From Nitrospinales bacterium (GTDB taxonomy: Bacteria; Nitrospinota; Nitrospinia; Nitrospinales; VA-1), in NCBI GenBank assembly GCA_965223795.1, contig CBDCXL010000002.1, positions 832,001 through 896,000 of the forward strand: 64,000 bases of DNA, read 5' to 3'. The notes under the pieces are model-generated. The model worked only from the letters and a program-made list of their open reading frames with translations, ran no database searches and was not told where the DNA came from. Below are positions 10,723 through 21,085 of this stretch, one piece after another. Each line of letters starts with the position of its first letter. Position 1 is the stretch's first letter. Both the position numbers and the translations under genes were made by a program.

Positions 10723-11616
10723 ATGCGCATTCTTTTGACCGGGAAAACCGGGCAGATCGGCTGGGAGCTGGCGCGGCTTCTGCCGGGCTTCGGCGAGCTT
10801 CACGCGACCGGCCGGGACGAGCTCGATCTAGCGAATCCAGAGAGCATCCGTGAAGCGGTGCGGCGCTTCCGACCCAACCTGATCGTCAACGCCGCCGCCT
10901 ACACGGACGTCAACCGGGCCGAAAGCGAGCCGGATCGCGCGCAGGCGCTGAACGCGGATGCGGTGGCCCATTTGGCCGCCGAGGCGAAAACCTGCGGCGC
11001 GGCGCTGGTGCAATACTCGACGGATTACGTGTTCGACGGTTTGAAAACCACGGGACCCTATGTGGAAGACGATGCGACCGGTCCCCGCAGCGTCTACGGC
11101 AGCAGCAAGCTGGCAGGGGAAGCGGAGCTGCGGGCGGCGGGGATTCCGCATCTGATCCTGCGCACGAGCTGGGTGTACGGCGGGCGCGGAAAGAACTTTT
11201 TCCTGCTGGTGCGCAAACTGGCGGCGGAGCGCGACACGCTGACCATGGTGGACGACCAGACCGGCGCGCCGACCTGGTGCCGCTCCATCGCCGAAGCGAC
11301 GCTTGAGATCCTGCGCCGGTGGGTCCCGCCCGGAACCCATGAGCCGGACGAGGAACGGTCGGGGACCTATCACCTGTCGTGCGGCGGCGAGACCACCTGG
11401 TTCGGCTTCGCCAACGCCATCCTGGAAGGATCGAACCTGGGAAATAAACCTCGAGTCACGCCCATCGCCACGTCGGAATTCCCGACCCCGGCGGTGCGCC
11501 CGCCCTACTCGGTGCTCAGCAACGAAAAACTGCACCGCGCGTTCGGCGTGCGGCTGCCGCACTGGCGCGACGCGCTCCATCGATGTCTGGAGTCGGGTTT
11601 TGCGGAAACGGCGTGA
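10723..11616 (+). CDS. rfbD: dTDP-4-dehydrorhamnose reductase
   Basis: LLTGKTGQIG, NAAAYTDV, STDYVFDG, YGSSKLAGE, DQTGAPT. Confidence 0.95.
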   Translation: MRILLTGKTGQIGWELARLLPGFGELHATGRDELDLANPESIREAVRRFRPNLIVNAAAYTDVNRAESEPDRAQALNADAVAHLAAEAKTCGAALVQYSTDYVFDGLKTTGPYVEDDATGPRSVYGSSKLAGEAELRAAGIPHLILRTSWVYGGRGKNFFLLVRKLAAERDTLTMVDDQTGAPTWCRSIAEATLEILRRWVPPGTHEPDEERSGTYHLSCGGETTWFGFANAILEGSNLGNKPRVTPIATSEFPTPAVRPPYSVLSNEKLHRAFGVRLPHWRDALHRCLESGFAETA

Positions 11617-11628
11617 CGGCGGGATCGC

Positions 11629-12993
11629 TCAGACCGGCAGTCCGAGAGCCTGAAGGCGGCGCTTGTACTTCTGCCCGATGAACGCGGCGTTGTAGTACAA
11701 CCTTAAAGTGTCGCGGCCTTCGCGGGCGATCGATTCGCGAAAATCATCCTGCTCCACCAGGCGCTGCATGAACCACGCCGCCTGATCCACATCCGGATCG
11801 GCCCACTCCTGGCCCTGGGCGAAAAGGTATTCCCCCTCGCGCACCGGCACCAGCTCGCAATCCACCAGACAGGCGTTGCCTTCGTGCATGAAATCGGTGT
11901 TGCCGGAGTAGCCGGTGGCGATCACCGGCTTGCCCAGCAGCATGCTCTGCGCCATGCAAAGGCCGATGCCCTCGGAGCGGTGCAGGGACACGAACGCGTC
12001 GCACTGCTGAAACAGCCCGGCCATCGCCTGCCACGGCAGAGACCGGTCGAGGTGCACGATTCTCGCATCGCTGGCGACGCTTTCTTCAAGCTGCTGCTTT
12101 TGCTCGGGAAACCGGACGCCGTCCATCGATTTGATCACCAGGGCCACGGACCGGTTTGTATCGGGAAAGGCCTGCTTGAACGCTTCGATGCAGGCGAGCG
12201 GATTTTTGCGGGCGAAACCGGATTTGAAGTCGAACGCGAACAGAAACAGGAAGGTGTTTTCGGGCAGTCCCAGCCGCTTGCGGTCCCAGGTGCCGGGAGC
12301 GCGGTCCAGCTCGATGGCGAAAGGAGCGTGGATGACCGGGCGGTTCGACTTGGCGGCGATGGCGGACTGAATGAAACGTGAAGGGCACCACACTTCGTCG
12401 AGAAAATCCAGCGACTTGCTCCAGGCGTCCGGAAATTCGGCCAGCTCCCAGGTCCAGTAGCCGATGTTGTAGCGGCCGCGGACGCAGGATTCCCCCAATT
12501 GCACCACGGCGCCGGGCATCTGGTCGGGTTTTAAGTGAAAGAGGTTGACGTTGTAGGGATTGTCCTCGCGCAGATGGTCCCTGAAGCGTTCGTCGCCGGC
12601 GTCGAGCGGCAGCGCGCAGGGAAATTCCAGCAGGGAAAAGCCGATGCGGGCCGTGAGGAAGGAGCGCGCGGTCTGGCGCAGAAACTCGCCGTCGCCGATG
12701 CGCACGCGGGGAAAGCCGATCAGGTTGACGCCGGGCAGCAGCGGCGGCGCACCCGGATTCACGAGGGAGCCCGCGGCCGCTGCGCAATGCGGCAGACGCC
12801 GGTCTTCGGCGGTGTGGCTGCTCCGGTAAAAATTGTCGAACACCCATTCGGTGAAGCCGCGTTTCAGACGCGACCGCAGTCCGGGATCGACCCAGTGCAG
12901 CAGGGGCTTGATCCGTTCCGCGGATTGAGAGAGCGATTGGAAAACCCGCCTGCCGCCGGACAGGGCGAATCGGGGTACGCGCAATGAGTTCAT
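11629..12993 (-). CDS. Glycosyltransferase family 4
   Basis: YNIGYWTWEL, RKNP, VSLHRSEGIGL, GKPVIATGYSGNTDF; start uncertain. Confidence 0.85.
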   Translation of the reverse strand: MNSLRVPRFALSGGRRVFQSLSQSAERIKPLLHWVDPGLRSRLKRGFTEWVFDNFYRSSHTAEDRRLPHCAAAAGSLVNPGAPPLLPGVNLIGFPRVRIGDGEFLRQTARSFLTARIGFSLLEFPCALPLDAGDERFRDHLREDNPYNVNLFHLKPDQMPGAVVQLGESCVRGRYNIGYWTWELAEFPDAWSKSLDFLDEVWCPSRFIQSAIAAKSNRPVIHAPFAIELDRAPGTWDRKRLGLPENTFLFLFAFDFKSGFARKNPLACIEAFKQAFPDTNRSVALVIKSMDGVRFPEQKQQLEESVASDARIVHLDRSLPWQAMAGLFQQCDAFVSLHRSEGIGLCMAQSMLLGKPVIATGYSGNTDFMHEGNACLVDCELVPVREGEYLFAQGQEWADPDVDQAAWFMQRLVEQDDFRESIAREGRDTLRLYYNAAFIGQKYKRRLQALGLPV

Positions 12994-13167
12994 GGAGATC
13001 CTGTTCTCGGGAAAATATGCTGCCTTCGCGAGATGGTATTTACCTTCTCTGTTAAACAGATCGGGTATTTTGAAAAAACCTGTAACGAAAAATTCGGATT
13101 CTTTTTTTTTAAATTTTTTTTGTGGGGAAACGCACAGAAAAAAGCGGCCGAAAGCGCTTTGCGGCGG

Positions 13168-13196
13168 TTTACAGGACATCCGCTTTCGCATAAAAT
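13168..13196 (+). promoter_or_regulatory. Sigma70-type promoter upstream of the GT2 operon
   Basis: TTTACA-17 bp-TAAAAT. Confidence 0.5.
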
Positions 13197-13302
13197 AAGC
13201 GCAAAAGTATCAAGTTCCTTTTTTCAGCATCCGAAAAAACAATAGATATGTGTCTGGGTTTTTGGAGGGGCCCCGGCGCTTTGAATGTTTCGTTCCCGCC
13301 GC

Positions 13303-14331
13303 ATGAAAGCGGTGTGCGCGCCCGAACCGGAGGAGACCCGCTTGGATACGATTCAAGAGAAACTGATCCCTCATTCCAAACCTGGAAGCCGTAAGGCGAA
13401 GATCGCCGTCATCGTTCCCGCCTACAACGAATCGCAGAACCTCAAACTTTTTTTCGACGAACTCAATCTGGCCATCGAAGCTCTGGACGGGTATTTCTGG
13501 GAGATCGTGTTCGTCGACGACGGCAGCACCGACGGCACCTGGAACACGATCGAAGACCTGGCCCGATTCGACCCCAGGATCAAGGGCGTGTCCCTGTCGC
13601 GCAACTTCGGCAAGGAAATCGCGCTCACGGCCGGAGTGGAAGCGGTGGGCAGCGTCGATGCGGTGGTCTGCATCGATGCGGACCTGCAGCACCCGCCGTC
13701 CCTGATCGGCAAACTGGTGACGGAATGGGAGAAGGGCTACCATGTGGTCGCCACGAAACGCAGCGCGATCCGCTATTCCTGGCTCAGGCAGATGGGAGCG
13801 AAGCTGTTCTACTTCATGCTGAACCGCTATTCGGACCTCAAGACGCAGGCAAAGGTCACGGATTTCCGCCTGCTCGACAAGGAAGTGCTGAAAGTCCTGC
13901 GCACGTTCGAAGAGCGCACGCGTTTTTTCCGCGGCATCATCGACTGGATGGGCTTCCGCAAAACCTTCGTCACGTTTTCCTCACCGGCGCGCGCGAACGG
14001 CAGTTCCACCTTCAACTTCCGCGACCTGGTCAACCTTGCGGTCAACTCGTTCACCTCGTTTTCGCTGCTGCCGCTGCGCATCACCGGCTGGCTCGGGATC
14101 GTGGTGCTCACGCTGTCGCTTTCGGTGCTGTTCTACATGGTGATCACGCAGTTCGCTTTCGGCGCGATCTACACCCCGCTGGCGTATTTCGTGGTCTTCA
14201 ACACGCTGCTGTTCGGCGTGGTGCTGGCGGCGCTGGGCATGATCGCGCTCTACATCGGCCACATTCACACGGAAGTGGTGCGGCGGCCCCTCTATATTGT
14301 CCAGGAGCGTATCGGATTCACGCATGAGTGA
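13303..14331 (+). CDS. GT2 polyprenyl-phosphate glycosyltransferase (GtrB/YkoT-like)
   Basis: VPAYNE, FVDDGSTD, LSRNFGKEIALTAG, DADLQHPP, two C-terminal TM helices, RPLYIV. Confidence 0.9.
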   Translation: MKAVCAPEPEETRLDTIQEKLIPHSKPGSRKAKIAVIVPAYNESQNLKLFFDELNLAIEALDGYFWEIVFVDDGSTDGTWNTIEDLARFDPRIKGVSLSRNFGKEIALTAGVEAVGSVDAVVCIDADLQHPPSLIGKLVTEWEKGYHVVATKRSAIRYSWLRQMGAKLFYFMLNRYSDLKTQAKVTDFRLLDKEVLKVLRTFEERTRFFRGIIDWMGFRKTFVTFSSPARANGSSTFNFRDLVNLAVNSFTSFSLLPLRITGWLGIVVLTLSLSVLFYMVITQFAFGAIYTPLAYFVVFNTLLFGVVLAALGMIALYIGHIHTEVVRRPLYIVQERIGFTHE

Positions 14332-15322
14332 GGCGCCGGTATTTTCCATCGTCATTCCCTTCAAGACCTGGTCCGGGGACCTCAACGAATGCCTGGAGCA
14401 CATCCGGCGGCTCACGTTCACCGATTATGAAGTGATCCTGCTGCCGGACGATCCGGCGGATGTGCCGGAAGCCTTCTCCGGCATGCCCATTTGCGTGCTG
14501 CCGACGGGAGAGGTCAACCCGGCGATCAAGCGGGACCGGGGCGCGGCGCAGGCACGGGGCGAGTTTCTCGCGTTCATCGACGACGACGCCTACCCGCAGT
14601 CGGACTGGCTCTCTGTCGCCAACAACATGTTTCGGGACCGCGACGACGTGGGCGCGATCGGCGGACCGGCGATCACGCCGAAAAACGATCCCTTCTGGGC
14701 GCGCGTCTCCGGCGCGGTGTTTCTGAGCCCGGCCTCCGGCGGCAACCCGGAGCGCTATATCCCCTGCCCGCCCGGACACACAGTGGACGACTGGCCGAGC
14801 GTCAACCTCATCGTACGCAAGGACTTGTTCCTGCAAGCGGGCGGGTTCGACTCGAATTACTGGCCGGGAGAGGACACGCTGTTCTGCATGAAGCTGGTGG
14901 AAACCACCGGCACACGCATCGCCTATGTGCCGGACCTGATCGTCTGGCACCACCGGCGGGCGGGACTGCCCAAGCACCTGCGCCAGGTGGGAAACTACGG
15001 CCTGCACCGCGGGTTTTTCGCCAAACGCTACCCCAAAACCTCGCGGCGGCTGAAGTATTTCATTCCCGCCCTTTGGGTGGGGTTCGTGGTGATCGGCCTG
15101 ATCCTGTCGATGCTTTCCAAATGGGCCGGCATCCTGTACGTGTCGGGCTGGGCGCTTTATCTTCTGGCGCTGGCGGTTTCCTGGAAGGACATCCGGCGGC
15201 ACGAGCCGGTGAGCGTGGCCGCCGGGGCGCTGCCCTACATCGTGCTGACGCACATCTGGTACGGGGTGCAGTTCATGCAAGGATTCACGCTCGATGAGCT
15301 GAAAAGCTCGCTGGGGCGATGA
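14324..15322 (+). CDS. Glycosyltransferase family 2 with C-terminal TM helices
   Basis: FSIVIP, AFIDDDA, GGFD..YWPGED, VWHHRR. Confidence 0.85.
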   Translation: MSEAPVFSIVIPFKTWSGDLNECLEHIRRLTFTDYEVILLPDDPADVPEAFSGMPICVLPTGEVNPAIKRDRGAAQARGEFLAFIDDDAYPQSDWLSVANNMFRDRDDVGAIGGPAITPKNDPFWARVSGAVFLSPASGGNPERYIPCPPGHTVDDWPSVNLIVRKDLFLQAGGFDSNYWPGEDTLFCMKLVETTGTRIAYVPDLIVWHHRRAGLPKHLRQVGNYGLHRGFFAKRYPKTSRRLKYFIPALWVGFVVIGLILSMLSKWAGILYVSGWALYLLALAVSWKDIRRHEPVSVAAGALPYIVLTHIWYGVQFMQGFTLDELKSSLGR

Positions 15323-15364
15323 AACGGTTCTTTCGCAATGACGTATCTGTTTTAAGAGGAAGTT

Positions 15365-16006
15365 TTGCTGCACAAAGTGGTCCAGATCCGCAACCTGTCG
15401 CCCTCGGCCTACGTGATCCGGCTGGAGCGCAATGGATTCCAGTTCAAGCCGGGACAGTGCGTGAACCTGGGACTCAAAGGCAGCGGCGTCAACCGGGAGT
15501 ACTCGACCTATTCGGGCTCGCAGGACGGCTACCTGGAGTTTCTCATTAAGGAGGTGCCCGGCGGAACGGTGTCGCCGGCGCTGCGCCGGGTGGCCGTGGA
15601 TGCGGAGGTGGAGGTGTTCGGCCCGTACGGCTCGTTCGTCCTCGACCCGGAGAAAGCGGCCAGCCACCGGTTCGTGTTCATCGGCACGGGCACGGGAATC
15701 GCGCCGTTTCACTCGTTCGTGCGCAGCTATCCGGGTCTCGACTACACGATCATAAACGGCATCCGCACGCTCAGCGAGCGGTACGACTACGCGGACTACG
15801 ATTCGGCGCGCATCACCTGCTGCGTGTCGCGGGAAAACGGCGGCGGGTTTGACGGGCGGGTGACGGAGTATCTCAAGGCGGGCGAACTCTGCACCGCAAG
15901 CATCTATTATCTGTGCGGCAACCAGAGCATGATCCACGACGTGTACGATCTTCTGCGCGCGCGCGGTGTCTCGGGAAACCAGATCTTTACGGAAGCGTTT
16001 TTTTAG
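15365..16006 (+). CDS. Ferredoxin/flavodoxin-NAD(P)+ reductase-family FAD/NAD-binding oxidoreductase
   Basis: FKPGQ, REYS, GTVS, GTGTGIAPF, YLCGN, C-terminal EAFF; TTG start with AGAGGA upstream. Confidence 0.85.
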   Translation: MLHKVVQIRNLSPSAYVIRLERNGFQFKPGQCVNLGLKGSGVNREYSTYSGSQDGYLEFLIKEVPGGTVSPALRRVAVDAEVEVFGPYGSFVLDPEKAASHRFVFIGTGTGIAPFHSFVRSYPGLDYTIINGIRTLSERYDYADYDSARITCCVSRENGGGFDGRVTEYLKAGELCTASIYYLCGNQSMIHDVYDLLRARGVSGNQIFTEAFF

Positions 16007-16085
16007 GCGAATAATTCCAACCCGGCGGGCAAATGCGCTAAAGTAGCAGCCGCGCACGGGATCGTTCACTCACTCATCCATCCTC

Positions 16086-17600
16086 ATGAAAATAGCCATC
16101 TCCTATCCCCCCATTGTCAACGCCGACGGCCAGAAGGCCATGGTGTCGCAGAACCGCAATGTGCAGTTTTTCAAAAAGCCCACCTACCTGCTGCCGGTGG
16201 TGCACGGGCAGGCGGCCACCTGGCTGAAGGAGCTGGGCTACGACGTGCTGTGGGACGACGGCAACGCGCAGCTCAAGACCTTCGAGCAGTGGTATACCGA
16301 CCTCATCGCCTGGAGACCGGATGTGGTGGTGTTCGAGAGCACGACGCCGGTGATGAAGTTTTACTGGCGGCTGGTGGACCGCCTCAAGGGAGACCTGCCG
16401 AACACGGTCGTCATCATGACCGGCTACCACTCGATGCGCCGCCCGCAGGAGACGCTGGAACAAAGCGCGACGGACATCGTCCTGCGCAGCAATCACATCG
16501 ATTTCGTGCTGCGCAAGCTCATCCCGTATCTGGACGAGCACAGCGGCTGGCGGGATCACTGCCCGATCGAAGGGCTGACCATCCGCCGCGACGAAAAGGA
16601 ATATCTCGACACGGGCAATTTCAAGCAGGTGGAACCGCTCGATCTTTCCCCGGACGTGGACCGGAACCTGGTGCAGTGGAAAAACTACGCTTTCGAGAAC
16701 GGTAATTTTCTGCAAACGCCGGGAACCTACGCGACCAGCGTGATCCGCGACTGCATGTTCGGCAAATGCACGTTCTGCCGCTACAATGGGCCGGACCTGA
16801 CGTTTTCGATGCGTTCGGTGGAAAAGAGCCTGGACGAGTACCAGAGGCTGGTGGAGGAGCACGGCGTGCGCGAGATTTTCGACGATTCGGGCGTCTGGTA
16901 CCGGGGCGCGGAAGCGCGGCAGTTCGCCAAAGGCATCATCGACCGCGGCCTGCACAAGAAGGACTGCTATTTCGGGTTCAACACGCGTTTCGGTTACCTG
17001 GACGAGGAGACCGTGGCGCTGCTGGCCAAGGCGAACTTCCGTTTCATTCTGATCGGCCTGGAAGCGAGCGACGAAGAAACGCTGGCGCGCCTCAACAAGG
17101 GCTACGGCGTTGACGATGCGGAACACAACTTAAAGCTTTACACGAAGTACGGATTGTTCCCGCACCTGACGATCATGGTCGGCTATTACTGGCAGACCCG
17201 CGCGCAGTTGATGCAGACGGTGAACTCGGTGCGGCGGCTGATGTTCAAGGGGCTGGCGCGCACGCTGCAGGTGACGCTGTGCACGCCGCTGGATTACACG
17301 CCCTATCACCAGGAGTGCATCGACAACGGTGTGCTGCTGGCCGAGGATTACGACGAGTTCGACATGAGCAGGCTCATCGTCAAGACCCCGATCCCCCACG
17401 ATGAGTATTACCAGGCGGTGCGGCAGATGTATGGCATCGCCTTCCACCCGCGGTTCATATCCCGGCAGCTCCAGTTTCTGTCCAGGCGGAGCAAGACGGA
17501 CTGGCAGTTTCTGTTCACCTACGGCAGCCGCGCCATCCGCCGGGTGCGCCAGCACGTGTTCAACCTGACCAAACACCAGGGAAAACCTGCAAGTTTATAA
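16086..17600 (+). CDS. B12-binding-domain radical SAM protein
   Basis: N-terminal PDVVVF...VIMTGYH Rossmann-like domain; CMFGKCTFC (Cx4Cx2C variant); IGLEAS...LARLNKG. Confidence 0.8.
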   Translation: MKIAISYPPIVNADGQKAMVSQNRNVQFFKKPTYLLPVVHGQAATWLKELGYDVLWDDGNAQLKTFEQWYTDLIAWRPDVVVFESTTPVMKFYWRLVDRLKGDLPNTVVIMTGYHSMRRPQETLEQSATDIVLRSNHIDFVLRKLIPYLDEHSGWRDHCPIEGLTIRRDEKEYLDTGNFKQVEPLDLSPDVDRNLVQWKNYAFENGNFLQTPGTYATSVIRDCMFGKCTFCRYNGPDLTFSMRSVEKSLDEYQRLVEEHGVREIFDDSGVWYRGAEARQFAKGIIDRGLHKKDCYFGFNTRFGYLDEETVALLAKANFRFILIGLEASDEETLARLNKGYGVDDAEHNLKLYTKYGLFPHLTIMVGYYWQTRAQLMQTVNSVRRLMFKGLARTLQVTLCTPLDYTPYHQECIDNGVLLAEDYDEFDMSRLIVKTPIPHDEYYQAVRQMYGIAFHPRFISRQLQFLSRRSKTDWQFLFTYGSRAIRRVRQHVFNLTKHQGKPASL

Positions 17601-17668
17601 GCCTTGATCCTCATGGGTTTTTGAATATCATTTATCCTTCATAAGTTCATCATTTGCAGAACTGCCCA

Positions 17669-18859
17669 ATGAATATTTTAGTACTCCACAGGTATCCCAT
17701 TGACCTTGCAATTGGCACGAACCCTTCTTTTCCGTACATGCTTGAGCGACTGTATAACTTTGCAGATGACGTTACTCTAATCAGTTTTAAGGGAAACACT
17801 AAAAATAAATTTCCTAAAATAAAATTCAAAGAATTGAGATTTTCATTCGACAGAGGAAATTCTATTGACAAACTATTCAAATCTATCCTTTGGCTCTTTC
17901 TGTCTCCCCTAGTTGCAAGAAGTGTCGCTAAAAAAAATAATATTGACCTGATATATTGCGACGATTCTATTCCGTATTATCCTTATTTCATTAAAATCCT
18001 GGTCGGCAAAAAAACGAAAGTTGTGATGCGCTTGGGAGATTTACAGACAGGGTACTTTTTTGCCGACCAAGGATTTATTAAAAAAATATTTTTTCATGTT
18101 TTTCATTATTTTGAATTGGTTGCATGGAGGAAAATTGATTGGATCATAGCAATCAGCAATCCATTCAGAAAATATGTTGAAAAAGAAGGAATTGACCCAA
18201 ATAAAATTTTTGTCGTCAAAGAAAGCATCAATCTTGATTCTTTCTACCCAATGACTTCAAGAATGAGGGAACAATACAATATCGAAGATAATGCGATTGT
18301 CATCATGTTTCATGGTGCCATTGAAAAAAGCAAAGGTGTCGAAGTTTTACTTGATGCCGCACAGAAAATAATGCCCAAGCACAATGAGCTTTACTTGTTA
18401 ATTGTTGGAAACGGCACTGCATTCAATGAAATTAGAAATAAAGGGGAACAAGGGAGATATAAAGATCGAATAATATTTACGGGTTGGGTTGAGCTAAATA
18501 AAATTCCCGAATTTTTAAACGCTGCAGATATAGGAATTGCTTTAAGAAACGAAAATATAGGAAATAATTTTGTTGTCACTACCGCGCTCATGCAGTACTG
18601 GGCCTGTGAAAAACCTCTATTGGCTCCTGATTTAGCGGCAATTCAAGAAATCGTTGTGGATGGAGAGAACGCCATATTATTCAAAAAAGGCAACTCTGAT
18701 GACCTTGCAGAAAAAATCGATGAAATCATAAAGAACAGGGATCGATGGCAATCTATGGGAAAACTTGGAAGAAAAACCGTGCGTGAGAATTTTGATAAAA
18801 CCAAAGTGGCTCAAGATATGGTGGACTTGTTATCTCAGTTCGCAATCTTACAAGACTAA
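17669..18859 (+). CDS. Glycosyltransferase family 4
   Basis: FHGAIEKSKG, LLIVGNG, FTGWV, AADIG, EIVVDGENAILF. Confidence 0.85.
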   Translation: MNILVLHRYPIDLAIGTNPSFPYMLERLYNFADDVTLISFKGNTKNKFPKIKFKELRFSFDRGNSIDKLFKSILWLFLSPLVARSVAKKNNIDLIYCDDSIPYYPYFIKILVGKKTKVVMRLGDLQTGYFFADQGFIKKIFFHVFHYFELVAWRKIDWIIAISNPFRKYVEKEGIDPNKIFVVKESINLDSFYPMTSRMREQYNIEDNAIVIMFHGAIEKSKGVEVLLDAAQKIMPKHNELYLLIVGNGTAFNEIRNKGEQGRYKDRIIFTGWVELNKIPEFLNAADIGIALRNENIGNNFVVTTALMQYWACEKPLLAPDLAAIQEIVVDGENAILFKKGNSDDLAEKIDEIIKNRDRWQSMGKLGRKTVRENFDKTKVAQDMVDLLSQFAILQD

Positions 18860-18993
18860 ATTCTATCACTTTCTATCGAAGCATATTTTGGCATTTAAGA
18901 ATTTAATCTTATTCATCCTACATAATCGAGAAGCCAAAATTCGACGCATTTTCTTTTCATTATTTTAGTGGACTTGTAGATTTTAAGTGAAAA

Positions 18994-20049
18994 ATGGAAT
19001 TTTCTTGTGAAGTGTCCATAGTCATTGTGAATTTTAATGGTTTTTCCTACACCGAGCGGTGCATCGATAGTGTTTTAAAATGCCATTTTGATTCTGCAGA
19101 AATCATTGTTGTCGACAATGGGTCAAGTGATGGAAGTCCGGAAAAGTTAAGGCAAAAATTCAGAGCCAAAATAAAAGTTCTTTGTCTTGAGAAAAACTTT
19201 GGTCCATCAAAAGCACGCAATGAAGGTGTTCGGATGGCAAAAGGAAGATATCTTGGCTTTCTCGACAATGACACTATTGTAGACCCTCAATTTATAATTG
19301 AAGCAATTCAAGTATTTCGATCTAATCTCAAAATCGGCGCAGTGCAATGCAAGCTTCTTTTAATGGACAACCCCGAACAGATTGACTATGTAGGTGAATA
19401 TATAGGAACCAACGGCTTTCTAGTACAAGTGGCTCCTGCCGGCACTGTTGACAAAGGTCAATTTGACAGGCAATACCCTATTCTGGCGGCGAAATCTGCT
19501 GGTATGTTTATTAGCCGCGAAGCATTTGAGGCTGCAGGTGGTTTCGATGAAGACTATTTTATATATGTCGAGGAAACAGACCTTGGCTGGAGAACATGGT
19601 TATCGGGATATTCGGTGGTATTTGCTCCAGGCTCGATCGTCTACCATAAATTTGGAACTAGCTCTGTGATTTTGGGGAAAGACAAAAATGACTTCAACGC
19701 AAAGTTCCATGGCTCAAAAAATTATATTCTCACTCTTCTTAAAAATTTCGGGTTTAAAAATCTTTGCATGATTTTACCCATACATATTTTTTTGTGGCTT
19801 GGGCTTGCTTGGTTCAGTTTTTTTTCAGGTCGATGGCGGCAATGCTGGTGGATTCATAAAGGCATTGCCTGGAACATTTCAAATTTTCCCAAATCCATAA
19901 AAAAGAGGAGCATTATCCAAAAACAACGATCCATCGCAGACAAAGAGTTGTTCCATACAATGATGCGCAAAAAAAATTTCACCTACTTTCTTTCGAAAGC
20001 GTTTAAACGCCACAAATTCGGCAATGCCGAAGGTTTTATCAAGTCATAA
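18994..20049 (+). CDS. Glycosyltransferase family 2
   Basis: VSIVIVNFNG, VVDNGSSDGS, FLDND, GGFDEDYFIYVEETDLGWR. Confidence 0.9.
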   Translation: MEFSCEVSIVIVNFNGFSYTERCIDSVLKCHFDSAEIIVVDNGSSDGSPEKLRQKFRAKIKVLCLEKNFGPSKARNEGVRMAKGRYLGFLDNDTIVDPQFIIEAIQVFRSNLKIGAVQCKLLLMDNPEQIDYVGEYIGTNGFLVQVAPAGTVDKGQFDRQYPILAAKSAGMFISREAFEAAGGFDEDYFIYVEETDLGWRTWLSGYSVVFAPGSIVYHKFGTSSVILGKDKNDFNAKFHGSKNYILTLLKNFGFKNLCMILPIHIFLWLGLAWFSFFSGRWRQCWWIHKGIAWNISNFPKSIKKRSIIQKQRSIADKELFHTMMRKKNFTYFLSKAFKRHKFGNAEGFIKS

Positions 20050-20061
20050 CAGGAGTTCGCA

Positions 20062-21084
20062 TTGAAATATTTAATTACAGGTGGAGCCGGATTTACCGGG
20101 CTGAACTTTGCCGATATTCTTTTATCTCGTGGAGATGAAGTCATTATTTTTGATAATTTTTCTCGAGCGGGAACATTAGAGAACATCCGTTGGCTCACCG
20201 AAAACCATGCGAATGCTCAAGTGATTCAAGGAGACATTCGAATAGACACAGAAAAGCTATGTGAAGCCGTTTCTGAAGTGGATTATGTCTATCATCTTGC
20301 TGCACAAGTTGCCGTTACCACATCCGTGGTAGATCCAAAATCTGACTTCGAAATTAATGCACTTGGAACTTTCAATGTACTGGAAGCTGTCCGGAAATCC
20401 AGCAACCAACCCGCGTTCATTTATGCTTCAACCAATAAGGTTTATGGAGGGATGGAGGGGCTGGGCATCATAGAGGAAAACGGTCGCTACGCATACGAAG
20501 ACCTTCCTGATGGAATCAGTGAATCCATGCCCCTCGATTTTCATTCTCCCTATGGTTGCAGCAAAGGGGCAGGCGATCAATACACTAGAGACTATGCCCG
20601 GATTTACAACCTCCGAACTGCTGTGATGCGCCAGTCCTGCATCTACGGACAGCACCAATTGGGAATCGAAGATCAGGGATGGGTGGCTTGGTTTACAATA
20701 GCTGCCGTTCTAGGAAAAAAAATTACTATATATGGCGATGGGAAGCAAGTGCGCGATGTTCTATTTATCAAAGACTTATTTAATGTTTGGGATTTGGTCG
20801 CAAAAAACCTCCAACCAGGTAAAAGCAAGATTTTCAACATCGGCGGTGGCGCTACCTTTAATTTATCTCTTCTGGAATTGATCGATCACTTAAAAATATT
20901 AAATTGCAATAAAGTGGATTATTCCTTCTCTGAGTGGCGTCCTGGAGACCAAAGGGTGTATGTTTCCGATATTGCCAAGGCTCAAAATGAATTGGATTGG
21001 TCTCCAGAAGTTTGCCCCAAGAAGGGCGTCGAGATTCTATACGAGTGGGTCAGCGATAATCGAAGTGTCTTTAAATATATCTAA
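20062..21084 (+). CDS. rfbE: CDP-paratose 2-epimerase (tyvelose epimerase)-like SDR
   Basis: HLAAQVAVTTS, STNKVYG, LDFHSPYGCSKGAGDQY, DQGWVAWF, GDGKQVRDVL typical of Tyv/RfbE. Confidence 0.75.
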   Translation: MKYLITGGAGFTGLNFADILLSRGDEVIIFDNFSRAGTLENIRWLTENHANAQVIQGDIRIDTEKLCEAVSEVDYVYHLAAQVAVTTSVVDPKSDFEINALGTFNVLEAVRKSSNQPAFIYASTNKVYGGMEGLGIIEENGRYAYEDLPDGISESMPLDFHSPYGCSKGAGDQYTRDYARIYNLRTAVMRQSCIYGQHQLGIEDQGWVAWFTIAAVLGKKITIYGDGKQVRDVLFIKDLFNVWDLVAKNLQPGKSKIFNIGGGATFNLSLLELIDHLKILNCNKVDYSFSEWRPGDQRVYVSDIAKAQNELDWSPEVCPKKGVEILYEWVSDNRSVFKYI

Positions 21085-21085
21085 T

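Noticed and set aside
13100..13122. T9-AAA-T8 tract as a phase-variation site
   Set aside because: Intergenic and upstream of the -35; more simply an AT-rich promoter element.
15319..15549. ATG overlapping the upstream stop, suggesting a frameshifted start for the reductase
   Set aside because: The TTG at 15365 has its own AGAGGA RBS and gives a complete FNR-like fold.
16752..16778. Non-canonical Cx4Cx2C radical SAM motif
   Set aside because: This spacing is a familiar variant among B12-binding radical SAM proteins; not novel by itself.
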